Numbered from the stretch's first letter, positions 20,926 to 30,394 are shown. The stretch: DNA of 64,000 bases from an uncultured Acidobacteriota bacterium (GCA_963713825.1 CAVQNG010000025.1:64001-128000); one strand, 5' to 3'. Made by a program: numbers and translations. Notes: a model not told the origin generated them from the letters alone.

Positions 20926-21795
20926 ATGGAAGAGAAAGAGCCTCTACGAGCGGCCCAGCAAGAACCTGGCGACGGCCCTCTCAGGACGTTTATCGGACTG
21001 TTTCTGGTGCCGCTATTGGTGGTGCTGATCTGCGTCGCCGTCTTCGTTGGTTTCGGTTGGATCGCCTACGATCACAACTCCGCTGAAGACTATTTGAACG
21101 ACCTGAAGTCCGGATGGCGACCACGAAGGGCCCAGGCGGCCTACGAGCTGTCCAAGGTGCTGGTTGCTGACCCCGGCGCGTTGGACGACGTGCCCGGAGC
21201 CAGGGAGGAGATTCGTCGGCTCTTCAGGGAGAGTGACGATCCGGAAATGCGTCGATACCTGGCTCTGATCATGGGCTATACCCAGGATCCAGCGGCCCTG
21301 CCGTTGCTCGAGGAAACTCTGGCGGATCCGGATTCAGAGACCCGAATCTACGCACTCTGGGCTTTGGGTACCCTGGGCGACCCCGGTGCCTTGCCTTTGC
21401 TGGCCAGGTCCCTTCAAGATCCAGATGCGGGCATCCGCAAGACCGCCGCATTCAGTCTGGGAGAGTTGGGTCTGCCTGCCGGTGTCGACTCGTTGGTACC
21501 GGTGCTGCAGGACGAGGTTGCCGATGTCCGATGGAATGCGGCCCTCTCTCTGAGTCGCCTGGGAAGCAGTGCCGGCGTTGCTGTGCTCGAGCAGATGCTG
21601 GACCGCAGCCTGATGGCTCAGGTTCCCGAAATCACTCCGGCTCAGGCAGAAGATGCCATGGTCAGTGCCGTTCAGGCCCTCGGCACGGTTGTCGGCCTAG
21701 AAGCCAGACCCCTGTTCGAGGATTTGGCGGGCAACGATCCGAGTCTCAAAGTGCGACGCGCGGCACACGCTGTGTTGGAATCACTCGAGGGCTAG
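20926..21795 (+). CDS. Membrane-anchored HEAT/PBS-lyase repeat protein
   Basis: N-terminal TM, then repeats DPDSETRIYALWALG, DPDAGIRKTAAFSLG, DEVADVRWNAALSL; start placed at MEEKEP. Confidence 0.8.
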   Translation: MEEKEPLRAAQQEPGDGPLRTFIGLFLVPLLVVLICVAVFVGFGWIAYDHNSAEDYLNDLKSGWRPRRAQAAYELSKVLVADPGALDDVPGAREEIRRLFRESDDPEMRRYLALIMGYTQDPAALPLLEETLADPDSETRIYALWALGTLGDPGALPLLARSLQDPDAGIRKTAAFSLGELGLPAGVDSLVPVLQDEVADVRWNAALSLSRLGSSAGVAVLEQMLDRSLMAQVPEITPAQAEDAMVSAVQALGTVVGLEARPLFEDLAGNDPSLKVRRAAHAVLESLEG

Positions 21796-21847
21796 GCCCG
21801 GATCCGCGAAAGAGCGTTTAGGGACCTCTTTATCGAGGTGGAGGACT

Positions 21848-22537
21848 GTGACACCGCAAGTGCAGGAGCTGTTGCTCGAAGTCGCCCTCTACCGTCGGCT
21901 GTCCGACGAGGATCGCGAGCATCTGGCGACCGCCGCGATGGTCGAGCTGTTCGCCAAGGGGGAAGTCGTCTTCCGCGAGGGAGACCCCGCCCAGGATTTC
22001 TTCACCCTGGCTCGTGGACGAGTCAAGGTTTTCAAGGTCATGCCCAACGGCCGGGTCGTGATCCTCGAGATCCTGGGGCCGAGCGATCCAGTTGGTGCAG
22101 TGGCAGTGTACGAGGAGCTCGCCTACCCAGCGACCGCGGAGGCGATGGAGGAGACCCTCTGCATCAGAATCCCGAAAGAGCCGTTTTTTCAACTGCTCGA
22201 GAGTCGACCCTCTCTCGCCCGAGGGCTTCTGAAGGCCATGACCCACCGCATCGTGGTTCTCGCCAACCGGTTCGTCGATCACACCGTTGGCAAGGTAGAG
22301 ACCCGCTTCGCAAGGTTGTTCCTCAAGCTCGCGGGCGAGATGGGGCGGTCGCGTGACGAGGGAGTCTTCATTCCGATGACCTTGTCGAGGCAGGAGCTGG
22401 CCGACCTGATGGGCACCACGGTCGAGACCGCGATTCGCATCATGAGTCGGTGGGGCAAGGAGGGCGTTGTCGAAACGGACAGGAGTGGCTTCCTGGTGGC
22501 CGATCGGGAGGCGCTGGAGCGGGTGGCCACCGATTGA
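21848..22537 (+). CDS. Crp/Fnr family transcriptional regulator (no FNR Cys cluster; Dnr/HcpR-like)
   Basis: cNMP-fold VFREGD...GRVKV; HTH SRQELADLMGTTVETAIR. Confidence 0.9.
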   Translation: MTPQVQELLLEVALYRRLSDEDREHLATAAMVELFAKGEVVFREGDPAQDFFTLARGRVKVFKVMPNGRVVILEILGPSDPVGAVAVYEELAYPATAEAMEETLCIRIPKEPFFQLLESRPSLARGLLKAMTHRIVVLANRFVDHTVGKVETRFARLFLKLAGEMGRSRDEGVFIPMTLSRQELADLMGTTVETAIRIMSRWGKEGVVETDRSGFLVADREALERVATD

Positions 22538-22626
22538 AGAATCGAAGGTTGCCCGGTATGCGGTGTCAGATAGAGAATCGATGACCATTTCCAGAGACCC
22601 TCTGGATATTTTCGGAGAGCGAGCCT

Positions 22627-23004
22627 ATGAAATGGCAGACCCTGAGAAAGTTCCTTTCTTCCGCGTTGCTGATTGCTGGTCCAGCCTTCCTTCTCGCAGA
22701 CTGTGGTGGATCTAGCGGGACGAGCAGCGCTGATGCTTCCCAAGGCCGGGAGAGCTACATGGCCACCTGCGCGCTTTGCCATGGAGCCGAGGGTGAAGGC
22801 AAATCCAGGCTCGGCAAGGCGCTGCAAGACAACTCCTTTGTAGGGAGCCTCAGCGACGAGGAGTTGGTGGAGTTTCTCAAAGAGGGTCGCCCCTCCTGGG
22901 ACCCGGCGAACGAACGGGGTATCGACATGCCGCCGAAAGGTGGCAACCCCGCCCTGACGGATGAGGATCTGATGGAAATCGTGGCCTACCTGAGGACTCT
23001 CTGA
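22627..23004 (+). CDS. Monoheme class I cytochrome c, probable lipoprotein
   Basis: LADC lipobox-like motif, CALCH, MPPKGG Met ligand. Confidence 0.88.
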   Translation: MKWQTLRKFLSSALLIAGPAFLLADCGGSSGTSSADASQGRESYMATCALCHGAEGEGKSRLGKALQDNSFVGSLSDEELVEFLKEGRPSWDPANERGIDMPPKGGNPALTDEDLMEIVAYLRTL

Positions 23005-23044
23005 GATCTGGTGGGATTCCGTCTCTGCCGAACCCTGAGGTCGA

Positions 23045-23809
23045 ATGGACAGCAACCGGGACAAGTACTCGCGGCTGGAGTATCGTCGCCTCATCGCCTG
23101 GCCGAGTCGGATACGGCGCGAGGCGGATCTGCTCGAGCGCGTCCTGGGCTCGGGTCCTTCCAACCGGGTGCTGGATCTGGGCTGCGGCACCGGGGAGCAC
23201 ACTCGATACCTGGCGCAACAGGGTTACCGGGTTGTCGGTGTCGATGCCTCCGAGTCCCAGATCGCGACGGCGCGCGAGGCGCCTGCGTCCGCCGAGGTCG
23301 ATTGGGTGCACGGAGACCTTCGTGATCTGCAAGGGCTCGTGTTGGGCTCGTTTGGTGGAGCCATCTGCCTCGGCAATACCCTGCCTCACCTGCTGACGCG
23401 CGAGGATCTCGATCAATTCCTGTCGGGCCTTCGCGCCCACCTGGCCGAAGATGCTCCGTTGCTCCTCCAGTTGCTCAACTACGAGAGGATCTTCTGTCGG
23501 CAGGAGAGGACCCTGCCGGTGAGTCTTCGGCCCGACGACTCCGGAGACATCGTTTTCCTACGGCTGATGAACCTCCACTCGGATGGCATGGTCACATTCT
23601 TCCCCTCGACACTGCAGCTGAGACCCGGCCAGGACCCCCCCCTCGAAGTGCGTGCTGCCAAAGAGGTGCGGCTTCGAGGATGGCGTCTGGCAGAGCTCGA
23701 AGTGGCTTTCGAAGCCTGTGGATTCGAGGTGTCAGAGCGCCTTGGTGGCTTCGATGGGAGTGCCTACCTGGCGGTCGATTCGAGGGATCTGATCGTCATT
23801 GCGAGCTGA
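23045..23809 (+). CDS. Class I SAM-dependent methyltransferase
   Basis: VLDLGCGTG, GVDAS, CLGNTLPHL. Confidence 0.88.
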   Translation: MDSNRDKYSRLEYRRLIAWPSRIRREADLLERVLGSGPSNRVLDLGCGTGEHTRYLAQQGYRVVGVDASESQIATAREAPASAEVDWVHGDLRDLQGLVLGSFGGAICLGNTLPHLLTREDLDQFLSGLRAHLAEDAPLLLQLLNYERIFCRQERTLPVSLRPDDSGDIVFLRLMNLHSDGMVTFFPSTLQLRPGQDPPLEVRAAKEVRLRGWRLAELEVAFEACGFEVSERLGGFDGSAYLAVDSRDLIVIAS

Positions 23810-23829
23810 GCCTGGCGTCGCGGTAGGCC

Positions 23830-23863
23830 TTGACACCTCGGCGAGGTTGCACTAAAAAGTGCA
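23830..23863 (+). promoter_or_regulatory. Promoter of the Rieske/cytochrome b operon with overlapping palindrome
   Basis: TTGACA (23830) + 17 nt + TAAAAA; dyad TGCACT-aaaa-AGTGCA (23848-23863) overlaps the -10 region. Confidence 0.45.
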
Positions 23864-23932
23864 CACCAGTTACCGAGCCGAGGACGAGTAGTCGGCGCGA
23901 CTTGCAGGTCGCGAGGCGTCTCCTTCTAGAGG

Positions 23933-24460
23933 ATGGCTGAAGAAACAACCAAGGGAAAGACTGCCGACAAGGTCACTCGCCGAGGCTTTTTTTCCTGGGC
24001 GGCGGTGGCATGGGTTGGCTTTACGGCTGCGATCGGAGGCTGCGCCACCATTCTGAATCGCTTTCTCTTCCCCAATGTGTTGTACGAGCCTCCAACGACC
24101 TTCAGGGTTGGCCAGACAGAGGATTTCAGCCCCGGGGTGGTCGACGAACGCTTCAAGGAGTCGAATGGCGTCTGGATCGTCAACAGCAATGGCAAGCTAT
24201 ACGCGCTGATCGCCATCTGCACCCACCTGGGCTGCCCTCCCAACTGGCTGGAGGCGCAGAACAAGTTCAAGTGCCCGTGTCACGGTAGTGGTTACTACAA
24301 GGATGGGATCAACTTCGAAGGTCCGACGCCCCGACCCCTCGAGCGGGCTAAGATCTTCATCGACCCCGATGATGGACAGGTAGTGGTGGACAAGTCCCAG
24401 AAGTACCAGTGGGAGCTGGGGCAATGGGAGGATCCCGAGTCGTTTGTCGAGATCGCTTGA
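23933..24460 (+). CDS. qcrA: Rieske [2Fe-2S] subunit of a Rieske/cytochrome b complex
   Basis: Tat TRRGFF plus TM; CTHLGC and CPCHGSGY; GPTPRPL. Confidence 0.95.
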   Translation: MAEETTKGKTADKVTRRGFFSWAAVAWVGFTAAIGGCATILNRFLFPNVLYEPPTTFRVGQTEDFSPGVVDERFKESNGVWIVNSNGKLYALIAICTHLGCPPNWLEAQNKFKCPCHGSGYYKDGINFEGPTPRPLERAKIFIDPDDGQVVVDKSQKYQWELGQWEDPESFVEIA

Positions 24461-24488
24461 GGCCTCGCGGCTGACTCGAGAGAAGATC

Positions 24489-25268
24489 ATGTTCAAGAAG
24501 ATCCAGAAGAGCGTCACCCAGTCGCAGGTGTGGAAGTCCATCTTCCGGGTCGGCATTCCCACCGACAATCGGAAGCGGGCGCTCGCAATGCTCGGCAATG
24601 TGGTACTGCACCTCCACCCGATCAAGGTGAAGAAGTCGGGTCTGCGAATGAGCTACACATGGTGCATGGGCGGCACGGCCTTCTTCTTGTTCCTGGTCGA
24701 GACGATCACCGGCCTACTTCTCATGTTCTATTACCGGCCGACAGTCGAGTATGCCTACTTCGACATGGTGGACCTGAGGGAGGCAGCGGCTTTCGGCATC
24801 ATGCGCGAGCTCCATCGTTGGGGTGCCCACGCCATGGTAATCGCGGTCTGGCTCCACATGTTCAGGGTGTTCATGACCGGATCCTACAAACCGCCTCGCG
24901 AGTTCAATTGGAATGTCGGTGTCATTCTCCTCGTGCTCACCCTGCTGCTGTCGTTCACAGGCTATCTCCTGCCTTGGGATCAGCTCGCTATCTGGGCCAT
25001 TACGGTGGGCTCCAACATGGCCCGGGCTACCCCGTTCGTCGGTACGGAGGGCCCGGGCGCAGCGCTATTGCAGCTTGGAGGCACGAAGCTGATTCACGTT
25101 GGCAGCGATGCGCGCTTCGCATTGATCGCCGGGCGCACCATTGGCGGGGGTACCCTCATCCGGTTCTACGTGCTGCACTGCGTCGGCATTCCTTTCGTGG
25201 CCGCCTTCCTGATCGCTGTCCATTTCTGGCGAGTGCGGAAGGACGGCGGCATCTCCGGGCCTGTCTGA
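24489..25268 (+). CDS. qcrB: Cytochrome b6-like N-terminal cytochrome b subunit
   Basis: YTWCMGG, HRWGAH...[16 protein letters not shown]-x14-H (LHC...VHF). Confidence 0.93.
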   Translation: MFKKIQKSVTQSQVWKSIFRVGIPTDNRKRALAMLGNVVLHLHPIKVKKSGLRMSYTWCMGGTAFFLFLVETITGLLLMFYYRPTVEYAYFDMVDLREAAAFGIMRELHRWGAHAMVIAVWLHMFRVFMTGSYKPPREFNWNVGVILLVLTLLLSFTGYLLPWDQLAIWAITVGSNMARATPFVGTEGPGAALLQLGGTKLIHVGSDARFALIAGRTIGGGTLIRFYVLHCVGIPFVAAFLIAVHFWRVRKDGGISGPV

Positions 25269-25281
25269 GCCGACGAGCGCT

Positions 25282-26361
25282 ATGGAAGCGATCAAAGATC
25301 TCATCAACTACCTGTCCTACCCGAAGTGGTCGTTCACGCTTTCGTTGGTGGTCTTCTTCGTCCTCCTGCGGTCCAAAAGGCTGTGGACCCGATCGGGTGG
25401 CCTGATGATGCTTCTGGCGAGCATCGTCACCTTCTGCCTCAGTCTGCTCGATCCGAACTTCAGAAGCGTCGTTGCGAAGCCGGACAACGTTCCCATCGTC
25501 ATGATGGTCTTTCTGGTCGGGTTCTTCCTTTGGCTCGCCATGTACAAGGCTGTCCGCAACGACGAGTTGATGGCGCGTGGTGAGCCGACTTTCGAGAAGA
25601 GCGAAGTCGAAGACAAGATCTTCACGTGGCCCGATCTGGTCTTCATCGAGTTCATCTGCATGATTCTGCTGACGGTCGGCCTGGTGATCTGGTCGATCGT
25701 GCTGCAGGCGCCGCTCGAGGAGCCGGCCAACCCCTCGGTGGCGCCGAACCCCTCCAAGGCACCCTGGTATTTCCTCGGTTTGCAGGAGATGCTGGTGTAC
25801 TTCGACCCGTGGATGGCCGGCGTCGTCCTGCCGGGGCTGATCATCGTCGGTTTGATGGCGATTCCCTATATCGATACCAATCCGAAGGGCAATGGTTACT
25901 ACACCTTCAAAGAGCGCAAGACAGAGATCGTCTTGTTTCTCTTCGGTTTCCTCGTGCTTTGGTGCCAGATGATCGTTATCGGCACCTTCCTGCGAGGGCC
26001 GAACTGGAACTTCTTTGGACCCTTCGAGTTCTGGGATGTGGAAAAGATCGAGCCATTGGTCAACGTCGATTTGTCGGAGATCATCTGGATCAAGGTCCTG
26101 GGAGTCGGCCTACCCTCCCATTGGCTGCCCCGCGAGATCTTCGGAATCATCTTGTTGGCTCTCTATATCTTCGTATTGCCGGTCGTACTCGCCAAGACGA
26201 AGGGCTTCAAGCGCTACTACGAAAAGATGGGACCGTCCCGTTTCTATATCGGAGTGAGCCTCTTTCTCGTCATGATGCTCCTGCCCATCAAGATGTACTT
26301 CCGATGGGCACTCAATCTGAAGTACTTCGTTCACATTCAGGAGTTCTTCTTCAACGTCTAG
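25282..26361 (+). CDS. Cytochrome b C-terminal / subunit IV (PetD-like), extended with extra TMs
   Basis: TWPDLV, APLEEPANP..PNPSKAPWYFLG, PYID; extra N- and C-terminal hydrophobic segments. Confidence 0.85.
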   Translation: MEAIKDLINYLSYPKWSFTLSLVVFFVLLRSKRLWTRSGGLMMLLASIVTFCLSLLDPNFRSVVAKPDNVPIVMMVFLVGFFLWLAMYKAVRNDELMARGEPTFEKSEVEDKIFTWPDLVFIEFICMILLTVGLVIWSIVLQAPLEEPANPSVAPNPSKAPWYFLGLQEMLVYFDPWMAGVVLPGLIIVGLMAIPYIDTNPKGNGYYTFKERKTEIVLFLFGFLVLWCQMIVIGTFLRGPNWNFFGPFEFWDVEKIEPLVNVDLSEIIWIKVLGVGLPSHWLPREIFGIILLALYIFVLPVVLAKTKGFKRYYEKMGPSRFYIGVSLFLVMMLLPIKMYFRWALNLKYFVHIQEFFFNV

Positions 26362-26365
26362 GGTT

Positions 26366-29302
26366 ATGACCGGTCGTCCACAGAAGAAGCCTGATCGACA
26401 CTTCGAGTTCAGCCGCCTGAACCTGTGGTTCGGCGTCAGTGCCTTGGCACTGCTCGTCGTAACACTGTGGATGGTGATGGCTGATTACTCCAAGCCCTGG
26501 AAACGGCTGCAAAGTGATTTCAGGGACCGAGAGCGTCGGGCCTTGCTGCAGCAGGCCGAAATTGAAAGGCAACAGATCGACCAGGACGATCTCCTTCAGC
26601 TTCAGCAAGAGATTTCCCAGGAGGAGGAGAGGTTCGAAGCGAGCCGTACCGAGATGCAGGAGTTGGAGCGCACTCTCGGCAAGCTGGGAAAGAAGATCTA
26701 TGCGACAGACTCGGATTCGCGGACCACGAAGTCGCTGCTCGACACAGCTCGCTGGCAGTACGACCGGGCTTTGCAGGAGGGCGACGAGGCTGCGATCGGG
26801 CAGGCCCTCGAAGCGGTGGAGGAGCTCGACGCCCAGTGGCTCGAGGATCGCAAGGCCCTGGAGCTGCTCGCCGAGCAGCGCGACCAGGTTGTCGAGTCCC
26901 TGGACCAGCGCGAAGCGGCCCTGGTGGAGGCAGAGAGCCGGTTGGCTGCGTTGCGCCAGGGGATCGATACCCTCGAGCAGCGAGCGGCGAGTCTCGACAA
27001 GTCGCTTTCCTACCGGTTGCTCAACGCTCCCCTGATGGACTTCATGAACCCCGACTTGAGGATCGAGCAGGTGATGTTGCCGGGGATGTATCACGACATC
27101 AACTTCACCAAGGTGGAGCGCGTCGATCGTTGCGTCACTTGCCACGTGGCGGCCAATCGGGTCGGTTTCGACGGCGAAGACTGGGAGCAGCCTTTCCGCT
27201 CGCACCCGAGGATGGATTTGTTCGTCGGGGCTGGCTCACCACATCCTTACAACCGATTTGGGTGCTCGGGTTGTCATGGCGGTCTCGATCGATCGACCGA
27301 CTTTGCCCGAGTCGGCCACAGCCCCTCCAGCGAAGAAGAACTGACGAGCTGGCAGGAGCATTGGGAATGGGAGCCGCAACCCTATTTGGAGACGCCGATC
27401 TATCCGGCCGAGTATTCCGAGGCCGGCTGTTTCACCTGCCATTCGGCAGAGGTCTGGACACCGGGGGCCGAAGTGCAGGATACGGGGCGCCAACTGGCGA
27501 TGCGGATGGGCTGCTTCGTCTGTCACAAGATCGACTATCCGGCCTTTCAAGACCTTCCCCGGCCTGGACCGAATCTGAGCAAGGTGGCCGGCAAGACCAC
27601 CCCAGCCTGGGCGGTCGAGTGGATCTCGGCACCGCGCGATTTCAGGCCGACGACCTGGATGCCGCACTTCTTCTTGCAGGAGAACACGACCAGCGAGCTC
27701 AATCTCCAGCGTCAGGAGATAGAGATCGTTTCGGCGGTGGCCTACCTGTGGGAGAAGTCTGAATCTCCGGAATATCCACCGCCGCCGCCTGGAGACTCGC
27801 AGGCAGGGCAGGCCCTTTTCGAGTCGGTGGGATGCACCGGCTGCCATCTCATGGATGGCGACGCGAAACGTGACGACTTCTTCCCCCAGATCAATCGCCT
27901 GCACGGGCCGAATCTCATCCGCACGGGCAGCAAGGTCTCGGCAGGCTGGCTCTACGCGTGGATCAGGGATCCCAGGAAATATGCCCCCGACACGCGGATG
28001 CCGGACCTGCGTCTGACCGATCGGGAAGCGGCCGATATCACCGCTTATCTGATGAGCAGCCGGGATCCGGCCTACGAAGACCTGGATCTGCCCGCGGTCG
28101 ATTCCGAGGTGCGTGACGAGATGGTCTTGAAGTATCTCCGCAACAACCAGACCATCGAGCAGAGTCTGGTGACGCTGGAGGAGATGACTTTTCACGACCG
28201 TGATGTCTATCTGGGTTACGAGACGATCCAGAAATACGGCTGCTGGGGCTGCCACGACCTCGCCGGATTCGAGATCGCCAAGCCCATTGGCGTCGAGCTG
28301 ACGGAAGAGGGGTCCAAGCCGCTGCACCAGTTCGACTTCGGCCATGTCCACGACGTGCCTCATACGCGGCACGACTGGATCCGCAGGAAGCTACTGAACC
28401 CCAGAACCTGGGACGAAGGCAAGGAAGCCGTCAAGCACTACGACGAGCTGCTCAAGATGCCGAACTTCGGCATGTCGGAGCGGGAGGCCGACGCCGTCGT
28501 CACCATGGTGCTCGGGTTCACCAGGGAATCCGTCGAGGCGAGCAGCCGAGCTGGGCAGACAACCCGAAGCATCTCGCTAGTCGAAGGAAGAAGGCTGATC
28601 ACCCGGTTCAACTGTCAGGGTTGTCACTTGATCGAAGGTGACGGGCACGCGATCAAGTCCGCCATCGAAGATGTGGGAATGCTGCCACCCAACCTGGCGG
28701 CACAGGGCGCTCGGGTAAAGAGCGACTGGCTCTTCGAGTACCTCCACGATCCGGGTGCAGTCCGCCTGCGCCCGTGGCTGACGGTGAGAATGCCGTCCTT
28801 CGGATTCAGCGATGACGAAGTCAATGCCCTGGTGAGCTACTTTGCGGCGCGCGAAGAACGTCTGGCTTTCCTGTCGGACCCGGCGTTGCCGGAACCGCGT
28901 GAGCTGGCGGTCGGCGATGTGGCCTTCAACATGTTCCAGTGTGCAAAATGTCATCCCGCCGGTCCGCAAGAAGACCTTGGTGCCGGTGTAGGTGCCGGCG
29001 ACCTGGCTCCGTCCCTCTTGTTGGCAAAACGGCGGCTGAGGCACGACTGGGTGCCCCATTGGATCCTGGATCCGCAGGGTTGGATTCCCGGCACCAAGAT
29101 GCCGGCGAACTTCCCCCCCCATCCTGAGGGTGGCTACACTTCGCCCCTGGCGATGGCAATCGATACGCCGATGTTCGAGCAGCAGAAGGAGCGGATGATG
29201 CGTCACTTCGCCTCGGAAGAGGAGCTCAAGACGCATCTGGGCGACGCTGACTATGTGACTCAGGCGCTGCGCGACCACATCTGGTGGAATCTGGAGGAAT
29301 AG
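26366..29302 (+). CDS. Membrane-anchored octaheme c-type cytochrome with coiled-coil stalk
   Basis: TM, long E/Q/R/L-rich helical region, 8 CxxCH (CVTCH, CSGCH, CFTCH, CFVCH, CTGCH, CWGCH, CQGCH, CAKCH). Confidence 0.9.
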   Translation: MTGRPQKKPDRHFEFSRLNLWFGVSALALLVVTLWMVMADYSKPWKRLQSDFRDRERRALLQQAEIERQQIDQDDLLQLQQEISQEEERFEASRTEMQELERTLGKLGKKIYATDSDSRTTKSLLDTARWQYDRALQEGDEAAIGQALEAVEELDAQWLEDRKALELLAEQRDQVVESLDQREAALVEAESRLAALRQGIDTLEQRAASLDKSLSYRLLNAPLMDFMNPDLRIEQVMLPGMYHDINFTKVERVDRCVTCHVAANRVGFDGEDWEQPFRSHPRMDLFVGAGSPHPYNRFGCSGCHGGLDRSTDFARVGHSPSSEEELTSWQEHWEWEPQPYLETPIYPAEYSEAGCFTCHSAEVWTPGAEVQDTGRQLAMRMGCFVCHKIDYPAFQDLPRPGPNLSKVAGKTTPAWAVEWISAPRDFRPTTWMPHFFLQENTTSELNLQRQEIEIVSAVAYLWEKSESPEYPPPPPGDSQAGQALFESVGCTGCHLMDGDAKRDDFFPQINRLHGPNLIRTGSKVSAGWLYAWIRDPRKYAPDTRMPDLRLTDREAADITAYLMSSRDPAYEDLDLPAVDSEVRDEMVLKYLRNNQTIEQSLVTLEEMTFHDRDVYLGYETIQKYGCWGCHDLAGFEIAKPIGVELTEEGSKPLHQFDFGHVHDVPHTRHDWIRRKLLNPRTWDEGKEAVKHYDELLKMPNFGMSEREADAVVTMVLGFTRESVEASSRAGQTTRSISLVEGRRLITRFNCQGCHLIEGDGHAIKSAIEDVGMLPPNLAAQGARVKSDWLFEYLHDPGAVRLRPWLTVRMPSFGFSDDEVNALVSYFAAREERLAFLSDPALPEPRELAVGDVAFNMFQCAKCHPAGPQEDLGAGVGAGDLAPSLLLAKRRLRHDWVPHWILDPQGWIPGTKMPANFPPHPEGGYTSPLAMAIDTPMFEQQKERMMRHFASEEELKTHLGDADYVTQALRDHIWWNLEE

Positions 29303-29436
29303 CAGTTGAATCAGCTGGTAACAGGCGGCACACGCTCTGGGCTCATGGCATAATGCGCGGCTCGCGCCGCTGTGGTGCCAATTCGAAGGGGCGTCCACTC
29401 GAAGTACCGAAACCGATTTGAAGGAGGCTTGAACGT

Positions 29437-30234
29437 ATGAAGAAGATTTCGATTCTGATGGCAATTGCCTTGATTCCTGCCCTGCTGGTAGTGGGCTGTG
29501 GTGGCGGCGAGCAGGCGGCCGCACCCGACAAACAAGCAGAGACCGCACCGGCCGCGGCGCCAGGGCCAGCGGCGACCGGTGGTGGCACGATCGCGGGCAG
29601 TGCGAAGTACGTCAATGGTGATCCGGATGCCGCTATCGCGATGGACGCAGATCCTGTCTGCGCTTCCATGCACCCCGGGGAGGTCCACACGAAGAAGGTC
29701 GTTACGGACGATGCTGGCAATCTGGCCAATGTCTTCGTCTATGTGAAGTCCGGATTGGAGGGTAAGAGCTACCCCACGCCGAGTAGCGCCCACGTTCTCG
29801 ACCAGGTGGGCTGTCAGTACTCGCCGCACGTAAGCGGGGTTCAAGTTGGGCAGAAGCTGGTCATCCGCAATAGCGACCCGACCCTGCACAATGTTCACGC
29901 CCGACCAACCACCAACAAGGAGTTCAACCAGGGGCAGCCGTTCCAGGGCATGGAACTGGAACACACGTTTGATAAGGCAGAAGTAATGGTGCCGTTCAAG
30001 TGCGACGTGCATCCTTGGATGAGCTCGTACATGGCGGTTGTGGATCATCCGTTCTTCGGCATCTCCAGTGAGCAGGGTGGGTTCGAAATCGAGAACCTGC
30101 CTGCCGGTAGCTACGTGCTCGAGGCCTGGCACGAAGAGTTCGGGACTCAGACTGTGGAGGTCACCTTAGTGGACGGTGAGCCAGCCCAGGTGAGCTTCGA
30201 CTTTTCGCCTGGTGCTGTAGCCTCGGCCGGCTGA
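29437..30234 (+). CDS. Lipoprotein with cupredoxin-like and carboxypeptidase-regulatory-like domains
   Basis: LVVGC lipobox, Ala/Pro linker, LHNVH and CDVHPWM, C-terminal LPAGSYVLEAWHE. Confidence 0.75.
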   Translation: MKKISILMAIALIPALLVVGCGGGEQAAAPDKQAETAPAAAPGPAATGGGTIAGSAKYVNGDPDAAIAMDADPVCASMHPGEVHTKKVVTDDAGNLANVFVYVKSGLEGKSYPTPSSAHVLDQVGCQYSPHVSGVQVGQKLVIRNSDPTLHNVHARPTTNKEFNQGQPFQGMELEHTFDKAEVMVPFKCDVHPWMSSYMAVVDHPFFGISSEQGGFEIENLPAGSYVLEAWHEEFGTQTVEVTLVDGEPAQVSFDFSPGAVASAG

Positions 30235-30255
30235 GGCTTCCGTTCGATGTTTGGT

Positions 30256-30290
30256 GGGGCAGGGTCATGACGGCCCTGCCCCTCTTTTCG
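30256..30290 (+). terminator. Rho-independent terminator
   Basis: GGGGCAGGG...CCCTGCCCC stem followed by TCTTTTCGTTTCTT, 22 nt after the stop. Confidence 0.75.
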
Positions 30291-30394
30291 TTTCTTCGTC
30301 AGCGAGCAGAAAATCGGACGGCGCTGCAGGTGGTCGCGATAGACTGACGCCGTTTGAATTGCGATTCACTCTTCTGGGAGGAGATTGACCTACC

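Noticed and set aside
22590-22606. Dyad TCCAGAG-acc-CTCTGGA upstream of the cytochrome c gene as an FNR/CRP box
   Set aside because: Does not match TTGAT-N4-ATCAA or TGTGA-N6-TCACA; a short dyad could be chance
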